Shown here: in pieces, positions 1-8,516 of the stretch
Layout of the letters: every line of letters begins with the position of its first letter
How positions within the stretch are numbered: position 1 is the first letter of the stretch
Origin: a virus
Lineage: Duplodnaviria > Caudoviricetes
Direction: 5' to 3' (one strand)
Virus record (IMG/VR): IMGVR_UViG_3300032285_003957
Location: 128,001 to 192,000 of that record
DNA length: 64,000 nt
Position numbers and translations under genes: made by a program
The notes under the pieces: model-generated
What the model saw: only the letters and a program-made list of their open reading frames with translations
The model's database searches: none
What the model was told of the DNA's origin: nothing

Positions 1-1735
1 GTAAGTCTTTACTGAACGATTCCGAATATTCACCGTCACCCATTACTTGATCAATGACGTTCTTTTTCTTTTGTAAAATATTGTAAATAATCTTTTCAAT
101 CGTATTTTCAAAAACGGGATAATAAACCAATACACTATTTTTTTGACCGTATCTATAAGCTCTATCCTCACCTTGGGAGTGGTCGGCAGGGACAAATGAT
201 AAGTCATTCATAATAACAACCTCAGCAGCAGTTAAAGTAATACCGACGCCCGCAGCTTTAATGTTACCAATGAATACTTTTATTTTATCTTCGTTTTGAA
301 ATTTATCAACAGCTTCTTGTCTTCTGTCTTTAGTCATACGACCATCCAACACCACAGAATTCTTTTTATACTTTTCGTGAAGCATATCTAAAGTCATTGT
401 AAAGTTTGTTAACACAATTACTTTTTTACCTTGATCTAAACATCTATCAATTAGTTCACAAGTATAAGGAATCTTCTCATAAGAAATTAATTGTCTAACT
501 TTCATTAAACGATTTAAAGTTACTGTTATAGTGTCTTCATCTTTCTTTTCATTGCTAATTCTTGTAAATTCTTCCAATTCCTCATCATACATCTTACTTG
601 TTAATTCAACGAAAATCGGCGTGATAATTTTTTCAGGTAAATCAAGAATATCAGTTTTCATTCTTCTTAATACAATGTTCTTTGTTCTTTCGCGCAGTTC
701 GTCCAAATTGCTTGCCCCACTTGTATTCCACACTTTTCTGTTACCCACTCTAAATTGAAAACCTTTACAATATCTACGAACATATGATTGCCAATTCAAT
801 GTCAAAGGCGAATCAACAATCTTTAATAAGTTGAAATAGTTAATTGGTCTTGAGGTCATCGGAGTTCCTGTTAGTAACCAAACCTTAGGAATTTGTTCTA
901 ACACGTCATTTAATAAACGAGTTCTATTTGCTGTTGTATTTGAAACGTAATGCGCTTCATCCACAATTGCTAAATCAAATCCTGCGTTTACTAATAATTT
1001 ATAATCATCACTATCTTCTGATTTATCTGTTGAATGATAGTTTTTAATAATATCATAATTGATAATATAAAAATCAAATGTAGAACCCCATTTACGTCCT
1101 TCAACAATTAAGACTCTCCTATCGGTATAATTTTTAATTTCTCTTTCCCAATTTATTTTAAGAGATGCGGGACAAACAATTAATATTTTTTTTGCACCAC
1201 TTTCTAATGACGCAATGACAGCTGAGGTAGTTTTACCCAAACCCATATCGTCAGCAAGAATAAACTTATCGTTTGCTAATAACTTTTCAATTGCGACTTT
1301 TTGGTGCTCCAATGGAGGACGAGTTTCATACACTGAATAATCAATAACCCTATTTAATTTTTTTTCGGGTTGAACCACAGCCGCTTTAGGTAACCACATT
1401 GCTGATAGTTGGTCGCTATCTAAAACTTTACCCCATATGTGAAAGGCTTTATCGGATTCACATAATAATTTCTCACACCAAATTTGTTCAGGTGCTTTTG
1501 GTAAAAGTCGTTCCTCTTGAATTTTTTCCCCAAACGAAGAAACTATACTAATATACTTTTTAGCAACTTTTGGGGTCACATCTTTATATTTTAAAACATA
1601 CTCAGCTTGAGGTCTTGTTAATTTAAAATTCTTAACATCTATAAATTTTCGCTTAAATTCTAATAAATGGTTGTTAGAACCTTCATACGTCGTCAATACA
1701 TCTCTAGCCTCTATTTCTGGTATCATTGTGCTCAT
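1..1735 (-). CDS. SNF2/SWI2-family SF2 helicase, C-terminus truncated by the window edge (missing from the ORF track)
   Basis: Manual translation from ATG at 1735 gives MSTMIPEIEAR..., motif I LADDMGLGKT, VCPASLKINW, motif II IVDEAHY, LLTGTP and motif VI QAEDRAYRYGQ. Translated segments at both ends share one frame, which is still open at the window edge. Confidence 0.88.
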   Translation of the reverse strand, partial: MSTMIPEIEARDVLTTYEGSNNHLLEFKRKFIDVKNFKLTRPQAEYVLKYKDVTPKVAKKYISIVSSFGEKIQEERLLPKAPEQIWCEKLLCESDKAFHIWGKVLDSDQLSAMWLPKAAVVQPEKKLNRVIDYSVYETRPPLEHQKVAIEKLLANDKFILADDMGLGKTTSAVIASLESGAKKILIVCPASLKINWEREIKNYTDRRVLIVEGRKWGSTFDFYIINYDIIKNYHSTDKSEDSDDYKLLVNAGFDLAIVDEAHYVSNTTANRTRLLNDVLEQIPKVWLLTGTPMTSRPINYFNLLKIVDSPLTLNWQSYVRRYCKGFQFRVGNRKVWNTSGASNLDELRERTKNIVLRRMKTDILDLPEKIITPIFVELTSKMYDEELEEFTRISNEKKDEDTITVTLNRLMKVRQLISYEKIPYTCELIDRCLDQGKKVIVLTNFTMTLDMLHEKYKKNSVVLDGRMTKDRRQEAVDKFQNEDKIKVFIGNIKAAGVGITLTAAEVVIMNDLSFVPADHSQGEDRAYRYGQKNSVLVYYPVFENTIEKIIYNILQKKKNVIDQVMGDGEYSESFSKDL

Positions 1736-1737
1736 TG

Positions 1738-1767
1738 TTATAATATAACTAAATAGAATAAAAGATT
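1738..1767 (-). promoter_or_regulatory. Putative promoter AATCTTT-N9-TAGTTATATTATAA upstream of the SNF2 helicase
   Basis: Matches the copy at 7578-7607 (+) at 20 of 21 conserved positions with the same 9-nt spacer, and ends 2 nt before the ATG. Confidence 0.5.
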
Positions 1768-1771
1768 AAAC

Positions 1772-1779
1772 TATTTATT
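1772..1779 (+). promoter_or_regulatory. Putative late promoter TATTTAT(A/T), first of about 14 gene-proximal copies
   Basis: TATTTATT lies 5 nt before ATG 1785. The same motif precedes most structural transcription units (see findings). Confidence 0.55.
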
Positions 1780-1784
1780 AGGAT

Positions 1785-2294
1785 ATGGCTAAACTACCTA
1801 TAACCAGACTTACCAAATTTTTTGGTCAAGAAGACTACGATTTAAACATCCAAATTGGACAAGAATACCTACATGGCGATTTGGGTATGAAATTAGTATT
1901 GTATCGAGTTGATAGCAGTAAAACTGACGGAGACTCTGTTTATGCTGAGGCGGGCCTTGATCAAATTAGATATTTTCCACCCGTTGAATTTTTTGGGTTG
2001 GTTAAGATAGATGGGCCAAAGAACACAACATATAAAACAGGTATAATGAGATATAATGAACCGGGTAATATGACTGTTTCGGTTTATATGAATCATTTAG
2101 AAGAATTAAAAATCGACATAAAATATGGCGATTATATTGGGTATCCTGAAAATGAGAATAAAATGAGATACTATGTTGTGACAAATGACGGTAAGGTTGT
2201 TACCGATAATAAACATAATATGTGGGGTTATAAACCATTTTATAGAACAATAACTTGTGCGTTTACGCAAGAAGGAGAATTTAGAGGAGTATAA
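1785..2294 (+). CDS. Putative neck/head-closure protein (T4 gp14-like position)
   Basis: 169-aa beta-rich ORF directly upstream of the terminator-like and sheath genes. The call is mainly from synteny. Confidence 0.45.
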   Translation: MAKLPITRLTKFFGQEDYDLNIQIGQEYLHGDLGMKLVLYRVDSSKTDGDSVYAEAGLDQIRYFPPVEFFGLVKIDGPKNTTYKTGIMRYNEPGNMTVSVYMNHLEELKIDIKYGDYIGYPENENKMRYYVVTNDGKVVTDNKHNMWGYKPFYRTITCAFTQEGEFRGV

Positions 2295-2297
2295 TAT

Positions 2298-3527
2298 ATG
2301 CCATTACCAAGAAAAAAAAATATTAAATTATATCAAGAAAACGAACTAACGGCCAGAAGACAAGAGCTTTTGGATGATATAACTAAATCAGATACTTTTT
2401 TACCTGATTCCATTTTACACGATGATTTGGATAAAGGAATGTTAGAATATGTTAAAAAGAATTTTGTGGTTATTTCTGAAGGTAAAAAAATACCTGTTAT
2501 TGATAAAATTCTAACAGTTCAAAGATGGGGTGAGTTTTCACAAAATTGGGAGTTCACTGATGAAGATGGTAATGTTAAATTACCTTTTATTGTTACAATT
2601 AGAAAACCCGATGTTCAACCGGGAACACATCCTGCAGTTCAAAGAACTATACCTGATAGACATCAATTCTATTATGCTTCAGTTCCAACTTGGGACGGAA
2701 CACAAATGGGTGCGGACATATATAAAATACCTCAACCCGTTCCTGTAGATATTTCATATGAAATCACAATTGTTTGTAATAAGTTTAGAGATTTGAATCG
2801 ATTTAATAAAATTGTTTTACAAAGATTTGCATCAAGACAAGATTATACAACAATAAAAGGACATTATATACCTATTCAATTAGAGAGTATAGACGACAAT
2901 ACCCCAATGGATACGTTAGATGGCCGTAGATTTTATGTTCAAAATTATAAATTTACAATGATGGGCTTCTTAATTGATAGTGAAGAATTTGAGGTATCAC
3001 CCGCAGTTAGTAGATTTTTCCTTTTAAATGAATTTATAAAAAGTAATAACTTCTCAAAAAAATATTTAAGCAAAGCTGTCGACATAACTGTGGTAAATTT
3101 TACAGGAGATGGTATGCAAACTCAATTTAGTGTTGGTGAAAGTATTGGTGCGTTGTTTAGCGTATCGATAAATGGTCTATTACAAGAAAGAAATGTTGAT
3201 TATTATCACATACAAGGAACTTCTAAAATATCGTTTGAATCGGCGCCATATGAAGGTAGTATTATAACCATCAAGTATTATAAAGGTAAAAATAACGTCA
3301 TCATTGACAATTATGGTAAACTGATACAAGTAACAACGGAATATTATGAATATACAGGTTCACTAACCTTTAGTGTGACTCAAGCTATTGAAAGTGTTGT
3401 TTCTTTAGATATAAATGGTCTTGTGGAAGAGGAGGGATTAGGATTCAATATAACTGGTTTACATGAAATAACATTAGTTGGTGCACCAGTAATGAATTCT
3501 AAAATAGGTATTACTTATTTGTATTAA
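2298..3527 (+). CDS. Putative tail terminator/completion protein (gp15-like) with two appended small beta domains
   Basis: The N-terminal ~235 aa contain PVPVDISYEITIVCNKFRDLNRF, typical of tail terminators. The C-terminus has two similar repeats (SINGLLQ / DINGLVE). The gene sits just before the sheath gene. Confidence 0.5.
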   Translation: MPLPRKKNIKLYQENELTARRQELLDDITKSDTFLPDSILHDDLDKGMLEYVKKNFVVISEGKKIPVIDKILTVQRWGEFSQNWEFTDEDGNVKLPFIVTIRKPDVQPGTHPAVQRTIPDRHQFYYASVPTWDGTQMGADIYKIPQPVPVDISYEITIVCNKFRDLNRFNKIVLQRFASRQDYTTIKGHYIPIQLESIDDNTPMDTLDGRRFYVQNYKFTMMGFLIDSEEFEVSPAVSRFFLLNEFIKSNNFSKKYLSKAVDITVVNFTGDGMQTQFSVGESIGALFSVSINGLLQERNVDYYHIQGTSKISFESAPYEGSIITIKYYKGKNNVIIDNYGKLIQVTTEYYEYTGSLTFSVTQAIESVVSLDINGLVEEEGLGFNITGLHEITLVGAPVMNSKIGITYLY

Positions 3528-3553
3528 TATATCCCTTCATTTATGTGGTGCAA

Positions 3554-3709
3554 TTATTCACCATATATGTCCTTCTTTTTAGGTTTGCAGTAATCTTCAA
3601 TAAATTTTTCCAAAACTTTATAAATTTTTAAACCATTCTTATCACAATGGTTTTTAAGCATTTCATGGTGTTTTTCACTAATTTTTACGTTTTTCTGTTT
3701 GTTTTCCAT
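3554..3709 (-). CDS. Small ribbon-helix-helix-like DNA-binding protein, 51 aa (missing from the ORF track)
   Basis: Translation is MENKQKNVKISEKHHEMLKNHCDKNGLKIYKVLEKFIEDYCKPKKKDIYGE*. The KNVKI strand followed by two amphipathic helices fits the Arc/CopG/MetJ pattern. Confidence 0.6.
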   Translation of the reverse strand: MENKQKNVKISEKHHEMLKNHCDKNGLKIYKVLEKFIEDYCKPKKKDIYGE

Positions 3710-3826
3710 AATGAAAGATAGTTTTAGATAAATAACTATCTTTTTAAAAAAACTTGGGAAATCTTTGATAAAAACAAAGATATTTATAATAAACTAATAA
3801 AAAAAATCTACTCAAACACAATTTAG

Positions 3827-6685
3827 ATGGCAAATTCAAACAAAGTATTCGTTTCTCCGGGTGTTTACACATCAGAGAAGGATTTAACATTCGTAGCTCA
3901 GAGCGTAGGTGTAACTACTTTAGGATTGGTTGGTGAGACCCTGAAAGGTCCTGCATTTGAACCAATTTTAATCGGAAGTTATGACGAATTCAAAACATAT
4001 TTCGGAACAACATCTCCTGAAAAGGATGGTTCGGGAGCACCAAAGTATGAACTACCTTATGTAGCTAAGGCTTATTTACAAGAATCAAACCAATTATTCG
4101 TAACAAGAATATTGGGTAAAACTGGTTACCTACCATATAAAACATTCGGTATTCAAACAATCGGTGGAATGGTTGTTAATTTAGCATCATTCACACATAG
4201 TGCTTCTACTATGGACCCTGATGCGCATACAGGTATGACAAATAGTAGTTTCTACTCAGCATTAAACGCTCACACATCAGTTGACGGTGTGAACTCTGTT
4301 GCAGCATATATTGAAAAGAACTATAGCGGAAATACACAACATCCTTCAACAGGTGCATGGTTCCAAATCGGTGCAATTCCTGATACAGACGTTCCTGGTG
4401 GAAGTAAATTATTATCTCCATTCAGTGCATATAACAATAAGAATTGGTATAATGTATGGAATAATGGAACTGACGCAGTTTATTCTTATTTATTTGTATG
4501 GAATGTAGGCGGATGGTTTGATGTGACAAGATATGTATATGCTGCTGAAGTTAATGCCGATTATGATGGTATTACTGTTGCAGCTTTAAGATCAAGAGGT
4601 CATTACGATACTCACCAAAATTTAGTGTTAGAAGTAACTGGTGACACAAGCTTCCAATTAGCTGATGTTAGTGGTATTCAAACAAACCCATTGGCGGAGT
4701 TTTCAATAAATGTAACAGGACATACAGGTGGTGTTAAATCATTCACATGTTCATTAGATACAACTTCTACAAAATACATCACTAAAGTTTTAGGAACAGG
4801 TGTATTTGATAAAGACTACAGCGGTCATCCGTTATATGTTCATGAAGTTTATCCTAACTTATTATTAAACGCTTATAATCAAGGGTTTATCAAAGGTTTA
4901 AGTTTAGTTGAAGTTTACAATCTTGAAGGTGATGATTTCAAACAACCTTGGGATACTACAATGTCAAATATGGTTGTATCTGAAGTTAGAGGTAATAAAG
5001 TTGACGAATTATTCTCAGTTCAAACAATTGCGGATGGTGAAGCAGCTAACTTCCAATTAAAAATACAAATTCAAAACATTAACATTGAAACAGGTGAATT
5101 TGATATGGTTCTTCGTGATTTCTACGATACTGATGATAATCAAGTAGTATTAGAGAAATTTACAAGATGTTCAATGAATCCTGATTTACCGGGTTACATC
5201 GCAAGAAAAGTCGGAACATCAGATGGTGAATATCCATTAAATTCAAAATACATTACATTAGTAATGGCAGACGGTGCACCAACAGATGCATTCCCTGCAG
5301 GTTTCAAAGGTTTCGTAAACAATAGCGCGTTTGGTAGTGACAATACTTTAGGTAATGTTTTATATAAAACAAACTATTTTGATGCAGGTGAAACAGTATA
5401 CTACAATGCTGATGGTAGTGTTAAAATGTCTGATGGTGACAAAGTAAGAAGAGTAACTTTAGGTTTATCTACACAATCTGGATTCAAATATGATGAAGAT
5501 TTATTCAAATATAAAGGATACGGCGCAAGTAGTTCAACTTATGGTTTCCACCTTTCAACTAACGCATCTTCAATTGTTGATACACAGAGTAAACAAGTTT
5601 ATCAAACAACAGGTTATGATTTAGAAGGTCAAACAGGTGACGCTAATAACAAATTAACAAACATTAATTACCGTAAATTTACTTTCGCAGTATGTGGTGG
5701 TTTTGATGGTTGGGATATCTACAGAAGCACAAGAACAACTGGAGATGGTTACATCTACGGTAAACACACTTACATTTCAGGTAACACTAACAATGGCGGT
5801 GTATTCAATGCTGATTATGGTAACTCAGATTATTATGCTTACTTAGCAGGTATTCAAACATATTCTAATCCTGAAGCAATTGACATTAACTTATTTGCAA
5901 CTCCTGGTATCAATTTCATTGACCATAGTTCATTAGTTAGTCAAGCAATTGATATGGTTGAAAATGATAGAGCTGACTCATTATACATTATTGGTGCTCC
6001 AGGTCCTAACTCACAACAAGAAGTTGATGGTGTAGTTGGTGATTTAGAATTATCAAATATTGATTCTAACTACTCAGCAACATATTGGCCTTGGATTCAA
6101 GTAAGAGACACTGACAATGCAACTCAAATCTATCTTCCACCAACAGGTGAAGTAGTTAAGAACATTGCTTTAACAGATAATGTAGCTTATCCTTGGTTTG
6201 CACCTGCAGGTTATTCAAGAGGTTTGGTTAATGCAATCAAAGCTTACAAGAAATTAACACTTGATGATAGAGATACATTATACAAAAACAGAATTAACCC
6301 AATTGCAACATTCTCAGATACCGGTACCATTATTTGGGGTAACAAAACGTTACAAGTTAGAGAATCTGCTTTGGACAGAATCAACGTAAGAAGATTATTG
6401 TTAAGAGCAAGAAAGTTAATCTCTGCTGTTGCTGTAAGATTATTGTTTGAACAAAACGATGACCAAGTAAGACAAGAATTCTTAAGATTGGTAAACCCTA
6501 TCTTGGAATCAATTAAGAAAGAAAGAGGTTTGTATGAATTCAAAGTAACTGTGTCTAACGACCCAGAAGATATCGATGCAAATACATTGAGAGGTAAAAT
6601 TTACGTTAAGCCTACTCGTTCTCTTGAATTTATTGATTTGGAATTTGTAATTACTCCAACAGGAGCTTCATTTGAAAATATCTAA
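3827..6685 (+). CDS. Contractile tail sheath protein (T4 gp18-like)
   Basis: N-terminal VFVSPGVYTSEKD and C-terminal WFAPAGYSRG, LYKNRINPI, WGNKTL, DRINVRRLL and KPTRSLEFI are hallmark sheath motifs. Confidence 0.95.
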   Translation: MANSNKVFVSPGVYTSEKDLTFVAQSVGVTTLGLVGETLKGPAFEPILIGSYDEFKTYFGTTSPEKDGSGAPKYELPYVAKAYLQESNQLFVTRILGKTGYLPYKTFGIQTIGGMVVNLASFTHSASTMDPDAHTGMTNSSFYSALNAHTSVDGVNSVAAYIEKNYSGNTQHPSTGAWFQIGAIPDTDVPGGSKLLSPFSAYNNKNWYNVWNNGTDAVYSYLFVWNVGGWFDVTRYVYAAEVNADYDGITVAALRSRGHYDTHQNLVLEVTGDTSFQLADVSGIQTNPLAEFSINVTGHTGGVKSFTCSLDTTSTKYITKVLGTGVFDKDYSGHPLYVHEVYPNLLLNAYNQGFIKGLSLVEVYNLEGDDFKQPWDTTMSNMVVSEVRGNKVDELFSVQTIADGEAANFQLKIQIQNINIETGEFDMVLRDFYDTDDNQVVLEKFTRCSMNPDLPGYIARKVGTSDGEYPLNSKYITLVMADGAPTDAFPAGFKGFVNNSAFGSDNTLGNVLYKTNYFDAGETVYYNADGSVKMSDGDKVRRVTLGLSTQSGFKYDEDLFKYKGYGASSSTYGFHLSTNASSIVDTQSKQVYQTTGYDLEGQTGDANNKLTNINYRKFTFAVCGGFDGWDIYRSTRTTGDGYIYGKHTYISGNTNNGGVFNADYGNSDYYAYLAGIQTYSNPEAIDINLFATPGINFIDHSSLVSQAIDMVENDRADSLYIIGAPGPNSQQEVDGVVGDLELSNIDSNYSATYWPWIQVRDTDNATQIYLPPTGEVVKNIALTDNVAYPWFAPAGYSRGLVNAIKAYKKLTLDDRDTLYKNRINPIATFSDTGTIIWGNKTLQVRESALDRINVRRLLLRARKLISAVAVRLLFEQNDDQVRQEFLRLVNPILESIKKERGLYEFKVTVSNDPEDIDANTLRGKIYVKPTRSLEFIDLEFVITPTGASFENI

Positions 6686-6708
6686 TCTAAAAGGAGATAT
6701 AAAAATAG

Positions 6709-6740
6709 AAAAGGGGATGCTAAAAACATCTCCTTTTTTT
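6709..6740 (+). terminator. Intrinsic terminator after the sheath gene
   Basis: AAAAGGGGATG-CTAAAAA-CATCTCCTTTT stem followed by a T run. Confidence 0.75.
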
Positions 6741-6746
6741 ATTGAA

Positions 6747-6762
6747 TGTTCCACATGGAACC
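6747..6762. other. parS-like palindrome TGTTCCACATGGAACC
   Basis: Two mismatches from the palindromic parS TGTTCCACGTGGAACA; intergenic. Confidence 0.5.
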
Positions 6763-6789
6763 TGTATCCAAATATTTGATTTACCTTAC

Positions 6790-6895
6790 CCAGTATACTG
6801 GAACTAGATACTAGAACTTATATTCTGGTACCTTATATATTATTTATATTTAATTAAAGATTTTATATTTATTTATTCTGGAACTAGTATACTGG
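6790..6895. repeat. Origin-like cluster of palindromes and direct repeats flanking an A/T-only tract
   Basis: CCAGTATACTGG (6790-6801), CTGGAACTAG (6798-6807 and 6878-6887) and CTAGTATACTGG (6884-6895) surround about 45 nt that contain a single G. Confidence 0.5.
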
Positions 6896-7023
6896 TGTAA
6901 AAAACTACGAAAAAAAATTGACAAAAACAAGAAATACCAAGATTTTCTTTAAAAAAAAATTATTTCCAATACCGATATATTTATAAGAAAGCAAAATAAC
7001 ACATTAAATTTAACTAACACAAT

Positions 7024-7512
7024 ATGGCAGATTTATTAATGAAGATGCCGGTTCCATTTGAACCGAAACGTAAAAATCGATTTATCCTAAGATTTCCTTC
7101 TTCCTTGGGTATCAATGAATGGTATATCGCTTCTACGGCAAGACCAACAGCTAAAATCAAATCAGTAGAAATACCATTTTTGAATACGAAGTCTTACGTA
7201 GCAGGACAATTTGAATGGGAAGAAATCAAAGTAACATTTAGAGACCCAATCGGTCCTTCAGCATCTCAAGCTTTAATGGAATGGTTCCGTTTACATGCAG
7301 AATCAGTAACAGGTAGAATGGGTTATGCAGCTGGATACAAAAAAGATGTGGAATTAGAAATGTTAGACCCAACAGGAGTTGTTGTTGAGAAATGGATTTT
7401 ACAAGGATGTTTCTTAACTAACTTAAACTTCGGTGATTTAGATTACTCAAGAGATGATTTAGCGACAATCGATTGTAGTTTGAGAATGGATAGATGTATT
7501 CAAGTTTATTAA
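7024..7512 (+). CDS. Tail tube protein (T4 gp19-like)
   Basis: 162 aa after the sheath gene, with FEPKRKNRF, EWFRL and EKWILQGCF..LNFGDLDY motifs typical of gp19-like tubes. Confidence 0.9.
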   Translation: MADLLMKMPVPFEPKRKNRFILRFPSSLGINEWYIASTARPTAKIKSVEIPFLNTKSYVAGQFEWEEIKVTFRDPIGPSASQALMEWFRLHAESVTGRMGYAAGYKKDVELEMLDPTGVVVEKWILQGCFLTNLNFGDLDYSRDDLATIDCSLRMDRCIQVY

Positions 7513-7537
7513 TATTACATTTTTTTCATATGTAAAG

Positions 7538-7571
7538 ACCGGTATTTCAGAAATGGATACCGGTTTTTTTT
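7538..7571 (+). terminator. Intrinsic terminator after the tube gene
   Basis: ACCGGTAT...ATACCGGT inverted repeat followed by a T run. Confidence 0.75.
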
Positions 7572-7577
7572 ATTTAA

Positions 7578-7607
7578 AATCTTTACTTTCTTGTAGTTAT
7601 AGTATAA
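7578..7607 (+). promoter_or_regulatory. Putative promoter AATCTTT-N9-TAGTTATAGTATAA
   Basis: Near-identical to the minus-strand element at 1738-1767; ends 9 nt before ATG 7617. Confidence 0.5.
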
Positions 7608-7616
7608 ACTTACAAT

Positions 7617-8366
7617 ATGAACAATCAATATATTGACCCAACAATTGCATATGACGTAGTTGAATTACCTAGTATGGGGATTTACTACCCAAATAAGAAA
7701 AAGTCCGTTAAAGTGGCTTATTTGACCGCCTCTGACGAAAATATATTAGCTGCACCCAACTTAACACAGACCAATCAAATCGTTACCGAAATTCTTAAAA
7801 GAAAAGTAGTAGATAAAGATATTGATGTTGAAGATTTAGTTGATGAGGATAGACAAGCTATTTTAATCTTTTTAAGAAATACTGCATTTGGAACTGAATA
7901 TAAAGTATCGTTAACTGACCCAAAAACAAATGAGTCTTTTGATGTTGAAGTTGATTTAAGTTCGTTATCATATAAGAAATTTGATTTAGTAGCTGACTCA
8001 AATGGTGAGTATTCGTATACAATGCCAAAAAGTGGTGCCGATGTAACATTTGTATTTGTTAATCAAAAACAAGAATTAGAATTAGACCAAATTCAAAAAA
8101 GTTGGAATGGTAATGGTGCTGCACCAATTATCACAAAAAGAATGGAAATGATGATTAAATCGGTTAGAGGTAATAGAGACCCAATGTCTATCAGACATTT
8201 CATCGAAAGTTTACCAATTAAAGATTCCCAAGATTTTAGAAAATATACACAAGAAAAGAAACCAGGTCTTGATTTAACCCAAAAAACAACAACCCCGTCA
8301 GGAGAAGAAGTCCAATTTAATATTGGATTCGGGGTGGAATTTTTTCGTCCTTTCTACGGATTATAA
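7617..8366 (+). CDS. Tail/baseplate-hub assembly chaperone (T4 gp26-like)
   Basis: Lies between the tube and tape-measure genes. Contains ELPSMGIYY, LTASDENIL, AILIFLR and a C-terminal GVEFFRP. Confidence 0.7.
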   Translation: MNNQYIDPTIAYDVVELPSMGIYYPNKKKSVKVAYLTASDENILAAPNLTQTNQIVTEILKRKVVDKDIDVEDLVDEDRQAILIFLRNTAFGTEYKVSLTDPKTNESFDVEVDLSSLSYKKFDLVADSNGEYSYTMPKSGADVTFVFVNQKQELELDQIQKSWNGNGAAPIITKRMEMMIKSVRGNRDPMSIRHFIESLPIKDSQDFRKYTQEKKPGLDLTQKTTTPSGEEVQFNIGFGVEFFRPFYGL

Positions 8367-8502
8367 AAAAGACCAACTTACCGAGATTTTATTTTTAGTC
8401 AAAAGAGGATTCACTTATGGTGATGTCCTTACTATGCCTGTATATGTAAGGAGATATTACATCCAATATATCATTGAGATGGAAGAAGAAAATAACAAAT
8501 AA
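8341..8502 (+). CDS. gp51-like chaperone extension in the +1 frame, probably reached by a frameshift (missing from the ORF track)
   Basis: The frame reads FFVLSTDYKKDQLTEILFLVKRGFTYGDVLTMPVYVRRYYIQYIIEMEEENNK*. It has no ATG before 8434 and overlaps a T6 run in the upstream gene. Confidence 0.6.
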   Translation, partial: FFVLSTDYKKDQLTEILFLVKRGFTYGDVLTMPVYVRRYYIQYIIEMEEENNK

Positions 8503-8516
8503 CCTATTTATATACT

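Noticed and set aside
531-758. Plus-strand 75-aa ORF, and the many other 60-150 aa nested or antisense ORFs in the track
   Set aside because: They lie inside longer genes with recognisable motifs, and have no promoter motif or family signature.
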